A DNA stretch of 64,000 bases, taken from NCBI GenBank assembly GCA_045606105.1, contig JAZURI010000009.1, forward strand, positions 157 through 64,156. Direction: 5' to 3'. The translations under genes were made by a program, and so were the position numbers. Under the pieces are notes generated by a model. That model saw only the letters and a list, made by a program, of their open reading frames with translations, was not told the origin of the DNA and did not search any database. This stretch comes from Spirochaetia bacterium (GTDB taxonomy: Bacteria > Spirochaetota > Spirochaetia > CADAEX01). Below, one piece after another: positions 1 through 9,488 of the stretch. The stretch's first letter is position 1. Every line of letters begins with the position of its first letter.

Positions 1-443
1 TGCATCCTGAAGCTCTGTACGAAATCATCGTTTTCCTCAAAGAGCCTGAAGTTGGTGAACATTACCTGATATACCCTGGGAAGCCTGCGGTAGTAATGCC
101 CCTTCATCTCGGCAGCTGATACCATGCGGCAGCCGTAGTAGAGGGACCTGAGCCGGAGATTGTCGTTTCCGATGAAGGTCTGCATCTCGATGTCGATAAG
201 GCTTCCGTCCTTCATACGGCAACTGAGATCCAGCCTTATATTCTTGGCATGGGCGATATCCTTTGGAAGCTCGCTGTTGAGTACCGTGATCTCCTGCGGT
301 TCGAAGCCGGTGACTGCCTTCACAAGTCCTTTCAGGGCAGATTCCGAGCCAGGGGCAGATTGGGTAAACAGGGTCTTGAAGGTACTGTCCACCTTGGGAT
401 CCAGAAGCTTCATATCATGGGGGATGTATATTTTTTCACTCAT
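1..443 (-). CDS. Rpn-family recombination-promoting nuclease / putative transposase (TIGR01784-like), truncated by the window edge
   Basis: Minus-strand ATG at 443..441 preceded by an AAGGAG RBS. Translation starts MSEKIYIPHDMKLLDPKVDSTFKTLF and contains LIDIEMQ, matching the conserved N-terminus and DxEMQ core of YhgA/Rpn-type PD-(D/E)XK proteins. There is no stop inside the window, so the ORF track omits it. Confidence 0.65.
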   Translation of the reverse strand, partial: MSEKIYIPHDMKLLDPKVDSTFKTLFTQSAPGSESALKGLVKAVTGFEPQEITVLNSELPKDIAHAKNIRLDLSCRMKDGSLIDIEMQTFIGNDNLRLRSLYYGCRMVSAAEMKGHYYRRLPRVYQVMFTNFRLFEENDDFVQSFRM

Positions 444-521
444 GTTTTCTCCTTTTCCTATATCACAAGGAGAAATGGGAATTCTGATTCAGTATGAGAA
501 AAATTTTATATCAGGCAATCA

Positions 522-848
522 TCAGAAAAGGGTCTGCACCAGAAGCATGTAGCATACGGTGCCGCCGGCTATGGAGAGGAGCATATTCCGTTTCAGGAGG
601 TGCAGGAGGATCACTGCAAAGATGGATATAAGCTCCGGGATTCCGTGATTGCCGGAAATGAATGAGACATCCCTGAGACAGTAGACGACCAGCATGCCGA
701 AGGTTGCTGCCGGAAGTGCCTTGCCAAGATAATGTATTACCGGCGGTACCGGTTTCCGAGAAGAGAATATTATAAACGGGAGTGCCCGTGTCAGTACGGT
801 TCCCAGAACGCATAGGGCAATTGTAATTATCTGAAGGGAGATGCTCAT
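522..848 (-). CDS. azlD: Branched-chain amino acid exporter, small subunit (AzlD family)
   Basis: 108-aa, highly hydrophobic protein. Its start overlaps the stop of the upstream AzlC-like gene (ATGA), the typical azlCD arrangement. Confidence 0.6.
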   Translation of the reverse strand: MSISLQIITIALCVLGTVLTRALPFIIFSSRKPVPPVIHYLGKALPAATFGMLVVYCLRDVSFISGNHGIPELISIFAVILLHLLKRNMLLSIAGGTVCYMLLVQTLF

Positions 849-1537
849 TTCCGGTACCCCTTTTCAATGGGCTTTTTCAACAGGATGCAAAGCAGAAGTA
901 CCGCAGCCATGGCCGGCAGCATGAATGAATCGGGCCCGAATATAAGACGGCACAAAACAGAGGCTGTAATTCCGATTATGGCTGTATAGTGCTTCCTTTC
1001 CTTCAGCCACTGTTCCAGAAAAATAACAGTTAGCAGGGCTGTCATTACAAATTCTATTCCTCCGGTATTGAAGGTAATCATAGATCCGGCGATTCCCCCG
1101 ACGGTGGAGCCTGTAACCCAGTAAATATGGTTCAGCAGCGTGACAAAGAACATGAACCATCCCTTGTCTACACCCTCGGGAGCGGTAACGGAATAATTTA
1201 TTGAAAAGCTTTCATCGCACATTCCGAAAACCAGATAATATTTCTTCCATCCCATATCTTTGTAGATATCCAGCATCGATATTCCGTAGAACAGATGCCT
1301 GGCCTGTATCAGCACCGCCATAAGAAAAACCTGAAGCGGGGCAAAGGGGGAGAGAAGCATGGATATGGCAATGAATTCCAGAGAGCCTCCGAAAATCGTA
1401 AGACTCATCAGCATGGGATAAATAAAGCTGAAGCCGGAAACATTCATATAGATTCCGTAGGTCAGGCCCAGGAACCAGAAGCCGGCAAAAATAGGAATAG
1501 TATATGGAAATGCTGCCTTGAGAGCTTTAATCTTCAT
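845..1537 (-). CDS. azlC: Branched-chain amino acid exporter, large subunit (AzlC family)
   Basis: 230-aa polytopic membrane protein with AzlC-like composition and topology, translationally coupled to azlD. Confidence 0.65.
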   Translation of the reverse strand: MKIKALKAAFPYTIPIFAGFWFLGLTYGIYMNVSGFSFIYPMLMSLTIFGGSLEFIAISMLLSPFAPLQVFLMAVLIQARHLFYGISMLDIYKDMGWKKYYLVFGMCDESFSINYSVTAPEGVDKGWFMFFVTLLNHIYWVTGSTVGGIAGSMITFNTGGIEFVMTALLTVIFLEQWLKERKHYTAIIGITASVLCRLIFGPDSFMLPAMAAVLLLCILLKKPIEKGYRK

Positions 1538-1639
1538 CGGATAATACCTTGGTGAAAATATAACATTATTTTTTAAATGTTACTATATTGACACATTTTT
1601 GTTTTTGGGTGTAAAACAAATTAACATTACTTTTAACCT

Positions 1640-1925
1640 TTCAAAGGCTAGGAAGGGAACAAGTAGCTTTCAAGGATACTGGAGAGAGAGTTGCCGGGTG
1701 GTGAGAGGCGCGCAGTTACTTGATTGTGAATACATCCCAGAGCCGCGTACCGAACCCGGAAGGCAGTAGGCTACGACGGGTGTGCCCGTTACAGCGCAAG
1801 GGTATAATCATGAAATCGTTGATTTTATGCCGTACCTGATGAGATTGTCATTGTGAAGTGGCAATGAATAGAGGTGGTACCGCGGAAAAATTCCGTCCTC
1901 TTTTCTCGGGGGGCGTTTTTTTTTG
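1640..1925 (+). ncRNA. Candidate T-box riboswitch leader with intrinsic terminator
   Basis: GGAGAGAGAG near the 5' end. AATAGAGGTGGTACCGCGG at 1867-1885 matches the T-box consensus AAUUAGGGUGGUACCGCG. It is followed by a GU-containing hairpin (CGTCCTC...GGGGGCG) and a T9 run at 1916-1924, immediately upstream of the transporter gene. Confidence 0.55.
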
Positions 1926-1979
1926 CCTTGACGGCATGACTGATGTCCTCCTATCAAAGCTTTTCAAAAGGAGGAATTT

Positions 1980-3560
1980 ATGAGTGTAAAAGTTTTGAGT
2001 ATCATTTTGCTGACGGTTTTTTTTGCAGGCATGATTGCAGTGGGCTTCATGACCAGAAAAAAGGCGTCAAGTGTCGAAGGCTTTGTTCTCGGCGGCAGAA
2101 CAGCAGGGCCCTGGCTTACAGCCTTTGCTTTCGGAACTTCTTACTTTTCTGCTGTTATTTTCGTTGGTTATGCAGGTCAGTTCGGATGGAACTTCGGCTT
2201 GGCAAGTACATGGGCAGGTCTGGGCAACGCCTTTATAGGCTCCCTTCTGGCATGGAACATCCTGGGAAGAAGAACCAGGATCATGACCCAGCATGTTGAT
2301 GCAAAGACAATGCCTGATTTCTTCGGCAAGCGTTTTGATTCCGGAAACATGAAGATAATCGCTTCCGTAATCGTATTCATTTTCCTTATTCCGTACACAT
2401 CATCCCTTTACAACGGACTTTCCAGCCTTTTCGGTCTGGTTTTTGATATTCCTTACTGGATTGTAATTGCAGTGATGGCTCTTCTGACCGGAATCTATGT
2501 TGTTTTCGGCGGATACATGGCTACCGCAATCAACGACTTCATCCAGGGTATCATCATGCTGGTAGGTATCAGTGCAGTTATCGGTTCGGTTCTTGCTGCA
2601 AACGGTGGCTTCATGGAGGCAACCCGTGCTCTTGCCGCAATTCCTGCAGATGGCTGGGCCGGCGGAGCTTACACCTCCTTCCTGGGACCTGATCCGCTGT
2701 CTCTGCTTTTCGTGGTAATTCTCACATCCCTGGGAACCTGGGGACTTCCTCAGATGGTAAACAAGTTCTACGCTATCAAGAGCGAGGAGGATATTCATAA
2801 GGGAACCATCATTTCCACATTCTTTGCTATTGTGGTTGCAGGCGGTTGCTACTTCCTCGGAGGATTCGGCCGTCTCTATGCCGACAGGATTGCATACAGG
2901 GCAAACGGAGCTCCTCTGTTCGATACCATTATTCCGGCCATGCTGGTTACACTTCCGGCTCTGATTATCGCCGTGGTTATAGTACTTGTTCTTTCCGCTT
3001 CAATGTCCACCCTTTCTTCTCTGGTTCTGGTATCAAGCTCAACCTTTACCCTTGATGTCATCGCCCCTCTCAGCAAGGAAAAGATGAGTGAAAAGAAAAA
3101 GATATATATAATGAGGGTTTTCATCCTGTTCTTCATCCTGATTTCCGCAGTTATCGCCATAATCAAGGATGCACATCCTGAAATGACCTTTATTGCCCAG
3201 ATGATGGGAGTTTCCTGGGGTGCCCTTGCAGGTGCGTTCCTGGCCCCTTTCCTTTATGGTCTCTACTGGAAGGGTACAACACGGGCGGCCTGCTATGTAT
3301 CCTTTGCCTGGGGCTGTTCTCTCATGATTCTTCAGATGATTGTTTCCCTCTGCGGAGTGAATGTCTCTGAATGGGGTCCTGTCCTCGGTTACCTTTTCGC
3401 ATCCTCCATCCGTTCCGGTGTACTGGCCATGGTGGGAGGTCTGATTATCGTTCCTGTTGTGAGCCTTTTCACACAGAAGCAGGATGAGGCCAGAATCAAC
3501 CATCTTTTCTCCTGCTACGAGGAGACAGTTACAGTTCCAAAGAAGGAATCCCTGGACTGA
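1980..3560 (+). CDS. Sodium:solute symporter (SSS family, PutP/OpuE-like)
   Basis: 526-aa polytopic protein. FVLGGRTAGP and KTMPDFFGKRFDSGNMKII align with PutP motifs YILGGRSLGP and LTLPDYFTGRFEDKSRILRII. Confidence 0.8.
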   Translation: MSVKVLSIILLTVFFAGMIAVGFMTRKKASSVEGFVLGGRTAGPWLTAFAFGTSYFSAVIFVGYAGQFGWNFGLASTWAGLGNAFIGSLLAWNILGRRTRIMTQHVDAKTMPDFFGKRFDSGNMKIIASVIVFIFLIPYTSSLYNGLSSLFGLVFDIPYWIVIAVMALLTGIYVVFGGYMATAINDFIQGIIMLVGISAVIGSVLAANGGFMEATRALAAIPADGWAGGAYTSFLGPDPLSLLFVVILTSLGTWGLPQMVNKFYAIKSEEDIHKGTIISTFFAIVVAGGCYFLGGFGRLYADRIAYRANGAPLFDTIIPAMLVTLPALIIAVVIVLVLSASMSTLSSLVLVSSSTFTLDVIAPLSKEKMSEKKKIYIMRVFILFFILISAVIAIIKDAHPEMTFIAQMMGVSWGALAGAFLAPFLYGLYWKGTTRAACYVSFAWGCSLMILQMIVSLCGVNVSEWGPVLGYLFASSIRSGVLAMVGGLIIVPVVSLFTQKQDEARINHLFSCYEETVTVPKKESLD

Positions 3561-3619
3561 TAATCAAATTTTAAAATTTTTAACTTGAACAGTTTATCCC
3601 ACGGGGGTAAACTGTTTAT

Positions 3620-5002
3620 ATGAGTGACATTAACAGCAGGGAAGCAGTTCAATTCCGCAGAATGACCGGAATGCCGGTTTCCAGGCTGATTCTGTCCATG
3701 TCCGGTCCCACCATAATCAGCATGCTGATTACAGCCATCTACCATACTGCAGATGCCTTCTTCGTTTCCCAGCTGGGAACCAGTGCCAGCGGTGCCGTGG
3801 GAATTGTCTTTTCCATGATGGCTCTGATCCAGGCGGTGGGCTTTACCCTGGGGACCGGAACTGCAAGCCTTATTTCCAGAAGACTGGGAGAAAGGGATGT
3901 GGATGCAGCCTGTGTTTTCGGCTCCTCCGCCTTTGTGGCAGCCCTGATTTTCGGCACCCTGTTTGCAGTTTTCGGGCTGGCCAACCTGGAATCCTTCATG
4001 CTTATGCTGGGCTCTACTCCTACAATCCTTCCCTATGCGGCCGGCTATGCCTCCATTATCCTGTGCGGCGCTCCTCTCATGTGTGCCTCCTTTGTAATGA
4101 ACAATATTCTCCGCTCCGAAGGAAAGGCCGCCTTTTCAATGATCGGTCTGACCACAGGGGGAATTCTGAATGTTATTCTGGATCCGATTCTGATTTTCGG
4201 ACTGGATATGGGAACCTCCGGTGCGGCCTTGGCTACGGTAATCAGTCAGTGTGTCAGCTTTTCTATCCTGTTCCAGTTCTTTCTCAGGAAAAAAAGCATA
4301 ACAAGGCTTTCTTTAAGATACTTTTCCTGCAGGCTTTCAACCTACGGCAGCATAATCAGGATAGGATGTCCCTCTCTTTTCCGGCAGGGGCTGGCCAGCA
4401 TAGCTACAGTCATGCTCAATGTAAGTGCTGCCGGATACGGTGATGCGGCGGTGGCAGCCATGTCTATTGTGACCAGGGTCATTATGTTCATGGCCTCCAT
4501 AATGATAGGAATCGGTCACAGCTTCATGCCTGTGTGCGGCTATAACTACGGAGCCGGTCTCTACAGCCGTGTTAAGGGAGCCTGGTGGTTCACCGTAAAG
4601 TTCGGTCTGGTCATGCTTTCGGCAAGTGCGGCCCTGCTCATGATTTTTGCTCCGGAGATAGTGAGGGCTTTCAGGGACGATCCTGCAGTTATAGAAATAG
4701 GAACCAGGGCTCTCCGGTGGCAGGCCTGTGTTCTTCCGCTTCATGCCTTTATTGTAGGGACAAACATGATGATGCAGTCCACCGGACAGGCCTTCAAGGC
4801 AGCTTATCTTGCCTGTAACAGACAGGGCTTCTTTTTTATCCCTGCAATATGTATACTGTCAGGAAGTATGGGGCTGGCAGGAGTGGAGATGGCTCAGGCC
4901 TGCTCCGATTTTCTCAGTGCTCTGGTAGCAGTACCGTTTGCCCTGGTTTTTTTCAGAACATTAAGCAAAAAGGAGAAAGCAGTTGATCAATCCATTTCCT
5001 GA
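3620..5002 (+). CDS. MATE family efflux transporter
   Basis: 460 aa, about 12 predicted TM segments, two-fold repeat typical of NorM/DinF proteins. Confidence 0.75.
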   Translation: MSDINSREAVQFRRMTGMPVSRLILSMSGPTIISMLITAIYHTADAFFVSQLGTSASGAVGIVFSMMALIQAVGFTLGTGTASLISRRLGERDVDAACVFGSSAFVAALIFGTLFAVFGLANLESFMLMLGSTPTILPYAAGYASIILCGAPLMCASFVMNNILRSEGKAAFSMIGLTTGGILNVILDPILIFGLDMGTSGAALATVISQCVSFSILFQFFLRKKSITRLSLRYFSCRLSTYGSIIRIGCPSLFRQGLASIATVMLNVSAAGYGDAAVAAMSIVTRVIMFMASIMIGIGHSFMPVCGYNYGAGLYSRVKGAWWFTVKFGLVMLSASAALLMIFAPEIVRAFRDDPAVIEIGTRALRWQACVLPLHAFIVGTNMMMQSTGQAFKAAYLACNRQGFFFIPAICILSGSMGLAGVEMAQACSDFLSALVAVPFALVFFRTLSKKEKAVDQSIS

Positions 5003-6179
5003 CAAGAAGGCCCGCAAGGTCTGTCTCAAAACAGAAACCCTTCCTCTGGGAGAAAACGAAGGGATAATGCTTGGTGTGTGTTGCTGTGATGATTCCGAGG
5101 GAAACAGGGTGGTGCTGAAGGCTTTTTCCGGCCAATACAACGGGAAATGGGAACTGCCGGGATGGTGTCCTCCGGCTTTTGACATTGAAAAATATACCGG
5201 GATTGCCACAGAGGCAGACCTTAGGATAAAGGACCCTGCAACAGGGGCGGAGGAGAGAAGCCGGATTTCAGCCAAGGCCATGGAGAAAATTTTTTCACTT
5301 TATGAGATTCACTGCATGGATGGGTCAGTGAAAAAATTCTCTCAGATTTTTCCCGACGGAAAAATCCCTTCCGGGGCAGGGGACTGCTGTGCAGTCAAGC
5401 TTCTCAATTATGCCTACAGCCATTCCCTCCGCCCCGTAAGCCTGGCCGAGTTCTACCATGGCTCTGAAAACAGATCGGGAACCAGGATTCCGGGAGAGTT
5501 CTATCCGCCGTGTCAGGATAAATGCGGTCCTATCCTGAGGGCCATGCTGGGAATGGATATTCTTTATCTTGACCGTGATCTGGTGGTGATAAACAAGCCT
5601 GCAGGGCTTCTGTCGGTACCGGGCAGGGGAGAGGATAAACAGGATTGTGCGGTAAACAGGATCAAGGCCTTGTACCCCGGCTGTATAGACAACCCTGCAG
5701 TGCACCGCCTGGATATGGATACTTCAGGGCTGCTGGTGCTGGCCCTGACCAAGGAGGCTCATCGGGAGCTTTCAATGCAGTTCGAGGCCCGGACCGTGGA
5801 GAAGAAATATGTGGCGGTGCTGGACGGAATCCTGAAAAGCGACGGCGGAAGAATGGAGCTTCCCTTCAGGCTGGACCCTGACAACAGGCCCTATCAGGTT
5901 TACGACCGGGAGCATGGACGGATCGGAATTACCCTCTGGAAAAGACTCAGGGTTTACGACGGCAGGACCAGGGTGGAATTTGTTCCCCTTACAGGCCGTA
6001 CCCATCAGCTGAGAATCCATTCTGCCAGTCCCAAGGGGCTTGGTACGCCGATTGTGGGAGACCGTCTTTACGGAACCAGGAAAGAGGGAGAAAGGCTTCT
6101 TCTACACGCAGGTTACCTGAGCTTTGTTCACCCGTACACAAAAGAGAAAATAAGCTTTGAAGCAGAGGCCCCTTTTTAG
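4983..6179 (+). CDS. RluA-family pseudouridine synthase with a long Cys-rich N-terminal extension
   Basis: The C-terminal half has VVINKPAGLLSVPG and HRLDMDTSGLLVLALTK, the RluA catalytic-Asp motif. The N-terminal roughly 190 aa have no recognisable S4 domain. The start overlaps the MATE gene, so the true start may be further downstream. Confidence 0.7.
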   Translation: MINPFPDKKARKVCLKTETLPLGENEGIMLGVCCCDDSEGNRVVLKAFSGQYNGKWELPGWCPPAFDIEKYTGIATEADLRIKDPATGAEERSRISAKAMEKIFSLYEIHCMDGSVKKFSQIFPDGKIPSGAGDCCAVKLLNYAYSHSLRPVSLAEFYHGSENRSGTRIPGEFYPPCQDKCGPILRAMLGMDILYLDRDLVVINKPAGLLSVPGRGEDKQDCAVNRIKALYPGCIDNPAVHRLDMDTSGLLVLALTKEAHRELSMQFEARTVEKKYVAVLDGILKSDGGRMELPFRLDPDNRPYQVYDREHGRIGITLWKRLRVYDGRTRVEFVPLTGRTHQLRIHSASPKGLGTPIVGDRLYGTRKEGERLLLHAGYLSFVHPYTKEKISFEAEAPF

Positions 6180-7594
6180 ATCTTGTCGATAAGGATGGAG
6201 CATTTTCCCGAAGGAATAGGAAGTCTTTTCTTCTTGCTGCCCAGAATGTTGATGGTGAAATAATAGAGCTTCTCCGATTCCATGCGTACCTCCCATCCTC
6301 TTCCGCTCTTGTTCACAAGAATGGTAATCATGTTTCTCTTCAGGGAAAGTTCCTCGATTCCCATGATTTCCAGTGTCGGAATAGTCCAGTCCACAGTCTT
6401 TCTCGGCAGGCTGATATAGAGTCCTATTACATTTTCAATCATCAGGGTTATGGTGCTCAGAGCAACATAGGAGAGGAATTTCTTTCTAGGGAAATTCTTT
6501 TTTCCTTCCCATTTTGAAGGAACACCCTTTACAGGGGAATAGGCCTCGTACACATCATCCAGCTTTTCGCCGTCCGGATGGAGTGTTTCCAGTATGAAAT
6601 AGAGATGCCTGATGGCACATTCTCTGGCAAATTCGTATCTTTCGTATTTCTCAAGCCCCTTTATCACCATGAAGGTAAGGTGCGGATATACGGAGCCGCA
6701 GTACCCTTTTCCGTCCGGATTGTAGGAAGGATGATCTGAAGCCAGTGACGGGAACGGATTGTCTGTAGCAAAGCAGCCATCCACCAGAAGCCTTATTATC
6801 GCTTCGGCCCTGTCTTCGCAAGGAATCTGAGCCATGAGAACCCAGTAGGAGGCAAGGGTCTTTACCTTGATTTTCTCCTCGTGGCGGTTCAGGTCATAAT
6901 AGAACTGATCCTCCTCGTCCCACATCATGGAATCGATCCTGGTCTTGAGAGAATAATATTTTTTCTTGTATTTGAAGCTGATTTCCTTGTCGTTGAGAAT
7001 ATCTCCGATAGCAGACATATAGAATGCGTTCACAGCCATCTGAGAGTTGAAGTCGATAAGGTATGCAGCCTTTTCTCTCGGTGAGTTGTCCATCTGGGAA
7101 ACTGAAAGAGGGGTCTTGTAAAGTCCGTTTTTCTGCTGGAATCTTCCTTCGATCCACTCATAATATTTTTCAAGAACAGTGATGACCTCCTTGAGCCTTT
7201 TCTTCAGTCCCACCTTATGGTAGATGTTGAATTCCGCCCATGCAAAGAGTGGGGGAAAGAGACCTTCGGGATTATCCCGGGTAAAAACAGGTTCGCCGGT
7301 TTCTTCGTTGTACTGACCTCTGATGGCACCGGATTCTTCCTGTTTATTGTAGAAATTATCCAGGGCTGCTGTAGGGGAATAGGTTGAGTTGCTGTAAACC
7401 AGAAAGAATGAAGAAAGACAAGCTTCCAGCTGATTCATTACATTACCTTCCGGGTAGCTGTAATATTTGTTTGGGAAACCGTTCTTTTTACTGCCTTTTT
7501 TCCAGAAATCGCTTAACCAAATCCAGGTCTTGTTGTAGATATCTTCAAAGTCCTGATCATAGAAGTGAATTATCGGAAATCCTGTTTTAATCAT
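6176..7594 (-). CDS. Putative glycoside hydrolase ((alpha/alpha)6-barrel, GH63/MGH-like)
   Basis: 472-aa soluble protein rich in aromatic residues. Assignment is by overall resemblance only. Confidence 0.35.
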   Translation of the reverse strand: MIKTGFPIIHFYDQDFEDIYNKTWIWLSDFWKKGSKKNGFPNKYYSYPEGNVMNQLEACLSSFFLVYSNSTYSPTAALDNFYNKQEESGAIRGQYNEETGEPVFTRDNPEGLFPPLFAWAEFNIYHKVGLKKRLKEVITVLEKYYEWIEGRFQQKNGLYKTPLSVSQMDNSPREKAAYLIDFNSQMAVNAFYMSAIGDILNDKEISFKYKKKYYSLKTRIDSMMWDEEDQFYYDLNRHEEKIKVKTLASYWVLMAQIPCEDRAEAIIRLLVDGCFATDNPFPSLASDHPSYNPDGKGYCGSVYPHLTFMVIKGLEKYERYEFARECAIRHLYFILETLHPDGEKLDDVYEAYSPVKGVPSKWEGKKNFPRKKFLSYVALSTITLMIENVIGLYISLPRKTVDWTIPTLEIMGIEELSLKRNMITILVNKSGRGWEVRMESEKLYYFTINILGSKKKRLPIPSGKCSILIDKI

Positions 7595-7684
7595 AGAATA
7601 TTATAATACACCTTATTATTTAAGCTGTCAAATTTTTTTCTGTTTTTTATTGACTTTTTGTTCTGCGGGGCATAGTTTGATAGT

Positions 7685-8038
7685 ATGACTACCTCTGAAT
7701 TCGCAGAAAAAATTCTGAAGCTGGAGCCTGATGTTCTGAAGCGCAGGACAGTTTTCATCAAGTTTATAGTTGCCTCGGGAAAGGTTATATTTGATCCTGA
7801 GCTTTTTGTTTTCTATGAGACCAACTACGGGGAGGACTCCCTTTATCACAAGGATATCGCAGGGGCTAACAATGCTCCGCTCCATACAGTCCAGGGTGGT
7901 GCCTTCGTGGGAATAAGCTTTGACAAGGTCATCATTTCGGGATACAGCACCCAGTTCGGCGGTATAGAGGATCATATCGACCAGGCAGTCAGCTATTTCA
8001 GCTCTTATTTTGACTGTCCGGTGGAAGTGAAGCTCTGA
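7685..8038 (+). CDS. Hypothetical protein
   Basis: 117-aa ORF immediately upstream of, and same strand as, the radical-SAM gene. Confidence 0.4.
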   Translation: MTTSEFAEKILKLEPDVLKRRTVFIKFIVASGKVIFDPELFVFYETNYGEDSLYHKDIAGANNAPLHTVQGGAFVGISFDKVIISGYSTQFGGIEDHIDQAVSYFSSYFDCPVEVKL

Positions 8039-8047
8039 GGAGGGGCC

Positions 8048-9025
8048 ATGGAGTACAGGAATCCTGAGGTTGCCGCAAGGGTGGCCGAGGCTCACGGAAT
8101 CACTGAAAAGATTTTCGGAAACAAGGTATATATCAGAGGAATCATAGAATTCTCCAACTATTGCCGCAAGAACTGCAATTACTGCGGTATCAGACGGGAA
8201 AACCTGGATGTGAAGCGCTACAGGATGAGTGCGGACGAGATTGTGGAGGCCGCTGAAAGGAACCTGAAGCAGGGAATCAGGACCATTGTCCTGCAGTCTG
8301 GGGAGGACATGAGCTATTCCAGAGCCGATATGGTGGATATCATACAGCGCATCAAGGCAATAGATCCGGAATGTGCCATAACCCTGTCGATCGGAGAGAG
8401 ATCCCGTGAGGATTATGCAGCCTTCAAGGAGGCGGGAGCAGACCGTTTTCTCATGCGCTTCGAGACAGCGGACCGGGAGCTTTTTGCATCTCTTCATCCC
8501 GATGATGATTTTGATGTGAGACTTGAGGCACTCAGGAACCTGAAGGAGCTGGGTTACGAGACCGGCTCGGGCTTCATGATAGGGATTCCCGGAGAAAAAG
8601 AGGATGCGGACGACAGGAATATCGAGCTCCTGAAGGAAATAGGGGTTCATATGGTGGGATGCGGCCCTTTTATACCGGCAGCCGGCACCCCTATGGAGAA
8701 CGACGGAATACATGCGGATATGGAACGGTGCATGGATGTGTATGCCAAGGTAAGGCTTGCCCTGCCGGATGCAAACATTGCGGCGGCCACAGCGCTGGAT
8801 GCACTGGAGAAGGGGGCTCGGAAGATTTCCCTTTCCGTGGCAGCCAATGTAGTGATGCCCAACACCACTCCTATAAAATACAGAGATGACTATTCAATCT
8901 ACAGAAGAAAGGGAAAGCTGGACGAGAACCTGGCAGATGCCCATTATCTGGGACAGGAGCTGGAGAAGCTGGGATTTACCCCGATGTGGAACGTAAAAGG
9001 AAATTCAAGACTTAAAGGAGAATAA
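8048..9025 (+). CDS. hydE: Radical SAM protein, HydE-like ([FeFe]-hydrogenase maturase) / BioB family
   Basis: FSNYCRKNCNYCGIRREN contains the CxxxCxxC cluster motif in the context typical of HydE. Length 325 aa, with a TIM-barrel-like continuation. Confidence 0.55.
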   Translation: MEYRNPEVAARVAEAHGITEKIFGNKVYIRGIIEFSNYCRKNCNYCGIRRENLDVKRYRMSADEIVEAAERNLKQGIRTIVLQSGEDMSYSRADMVDIIQRIKAIDPECAITLSIGERSREDYAAFKEAGADRFLMRFETADRELFASLHPDDDFDVRLEALRNLKELGYETGSGFMIGIPGEKEDADDRNIELLKEIGVHMVGCGPFIPAAGTPMENDGIHADMERCMDVYAKVRLALPDANIAAATALDALEKGARKISLSVAANVVMPNTTPIKYRDDYSIYRRKGKLDENLADAHYLGQELEKLGFTPMWNVKGNSRLKGE

Positions 9026-9027
9026 CA

Positions 9028-9411
9028 ATGAGAATCGCAGTAACCTACGAAAACGGACAGATATTTCAGCATTTCGGACATACCGAAAGCTTCAAGATAT
9101 ATGATGTGGAAGAGGGCAAGGTAACAGAAAGCCGTGTCATGGGAACCGACGGACAGGGGCACGGAGCTCTGGCCTGTCTGCTGAGGGAAGCAGGAGCCGA
9201 GGTGCTTATCTGCGGAGGAATCGGCGGCGGTGCCAGAATGGCGCTGGAAGCGGCCGGAATCAGGCTTTATGGCGGGGTTTCAGGCTCCTGTGATGCTGCT
9301 GTGGAGGCGCTTCTGGCAGGTAAGCTGGAATACAATCCGGATGTAAAATGCAGCCACCACGGACACGACCACGGAGCAGGGCACAGCTGCGGCAGTCACA
9401 GGTGCGGGTGA
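9028..9411 (+). CDS. NifB/NifX-like dinitrogenase FeMo-cofactor-binding domain protein with a His-rich tail
   Basis: The 127-aa sequence MRIAVTYENGQIFQHFGHTESFKIYDV...ICGGIGGGA matches PF02579-type proteins. The C-terminus is HHGHDHGAGHSCGSHRCG. Confidence 0.7.
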   Translation: MRIAVTYENGQIFQHFGHTESFKIYDVEEGKVTESRVMGTDGQGHGALACLLREAGAEVLICGGIGGGARMALEAAGIRLYGGVSGSCDAAVEALLAGKLEYNPDVKCSHHGHDHGAGHSCGSHRCG

Positions 9412-9424
9412 GGGTTACCCGAAA

Positions 9425-9463
9425 TCCCGACTAATTTAAAGTACAACTTTAGATTAGTCGGGA
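9425..9463. terminator. Perfect 11-bp inverted repeat hairpin at the core/island junction
   Basis: TCCCGACTAAT-17 nt-ATTAGTCGGGA between two convergent genes. No clear U-tract on either side. Confidence 0.4.
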
Positions 9464-9488
9464 AATGGGCAGAAGTCAGGGGTGCCTT

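Noticed and set aside
1588-1616. Promoter for the T-box leader (TTGACA-N17-GTAAAA)
   Set aside because: The -10 hexamer is poor. The transcription start cannot be placed confidently without data.
7628-8713. 361-aa minus-strand ORF
   Set aside because: Antisense to the HydE-like radical-SAM gene, whose CxxxCxxC motif and coupling to the NifX-like gene support the plus strand.
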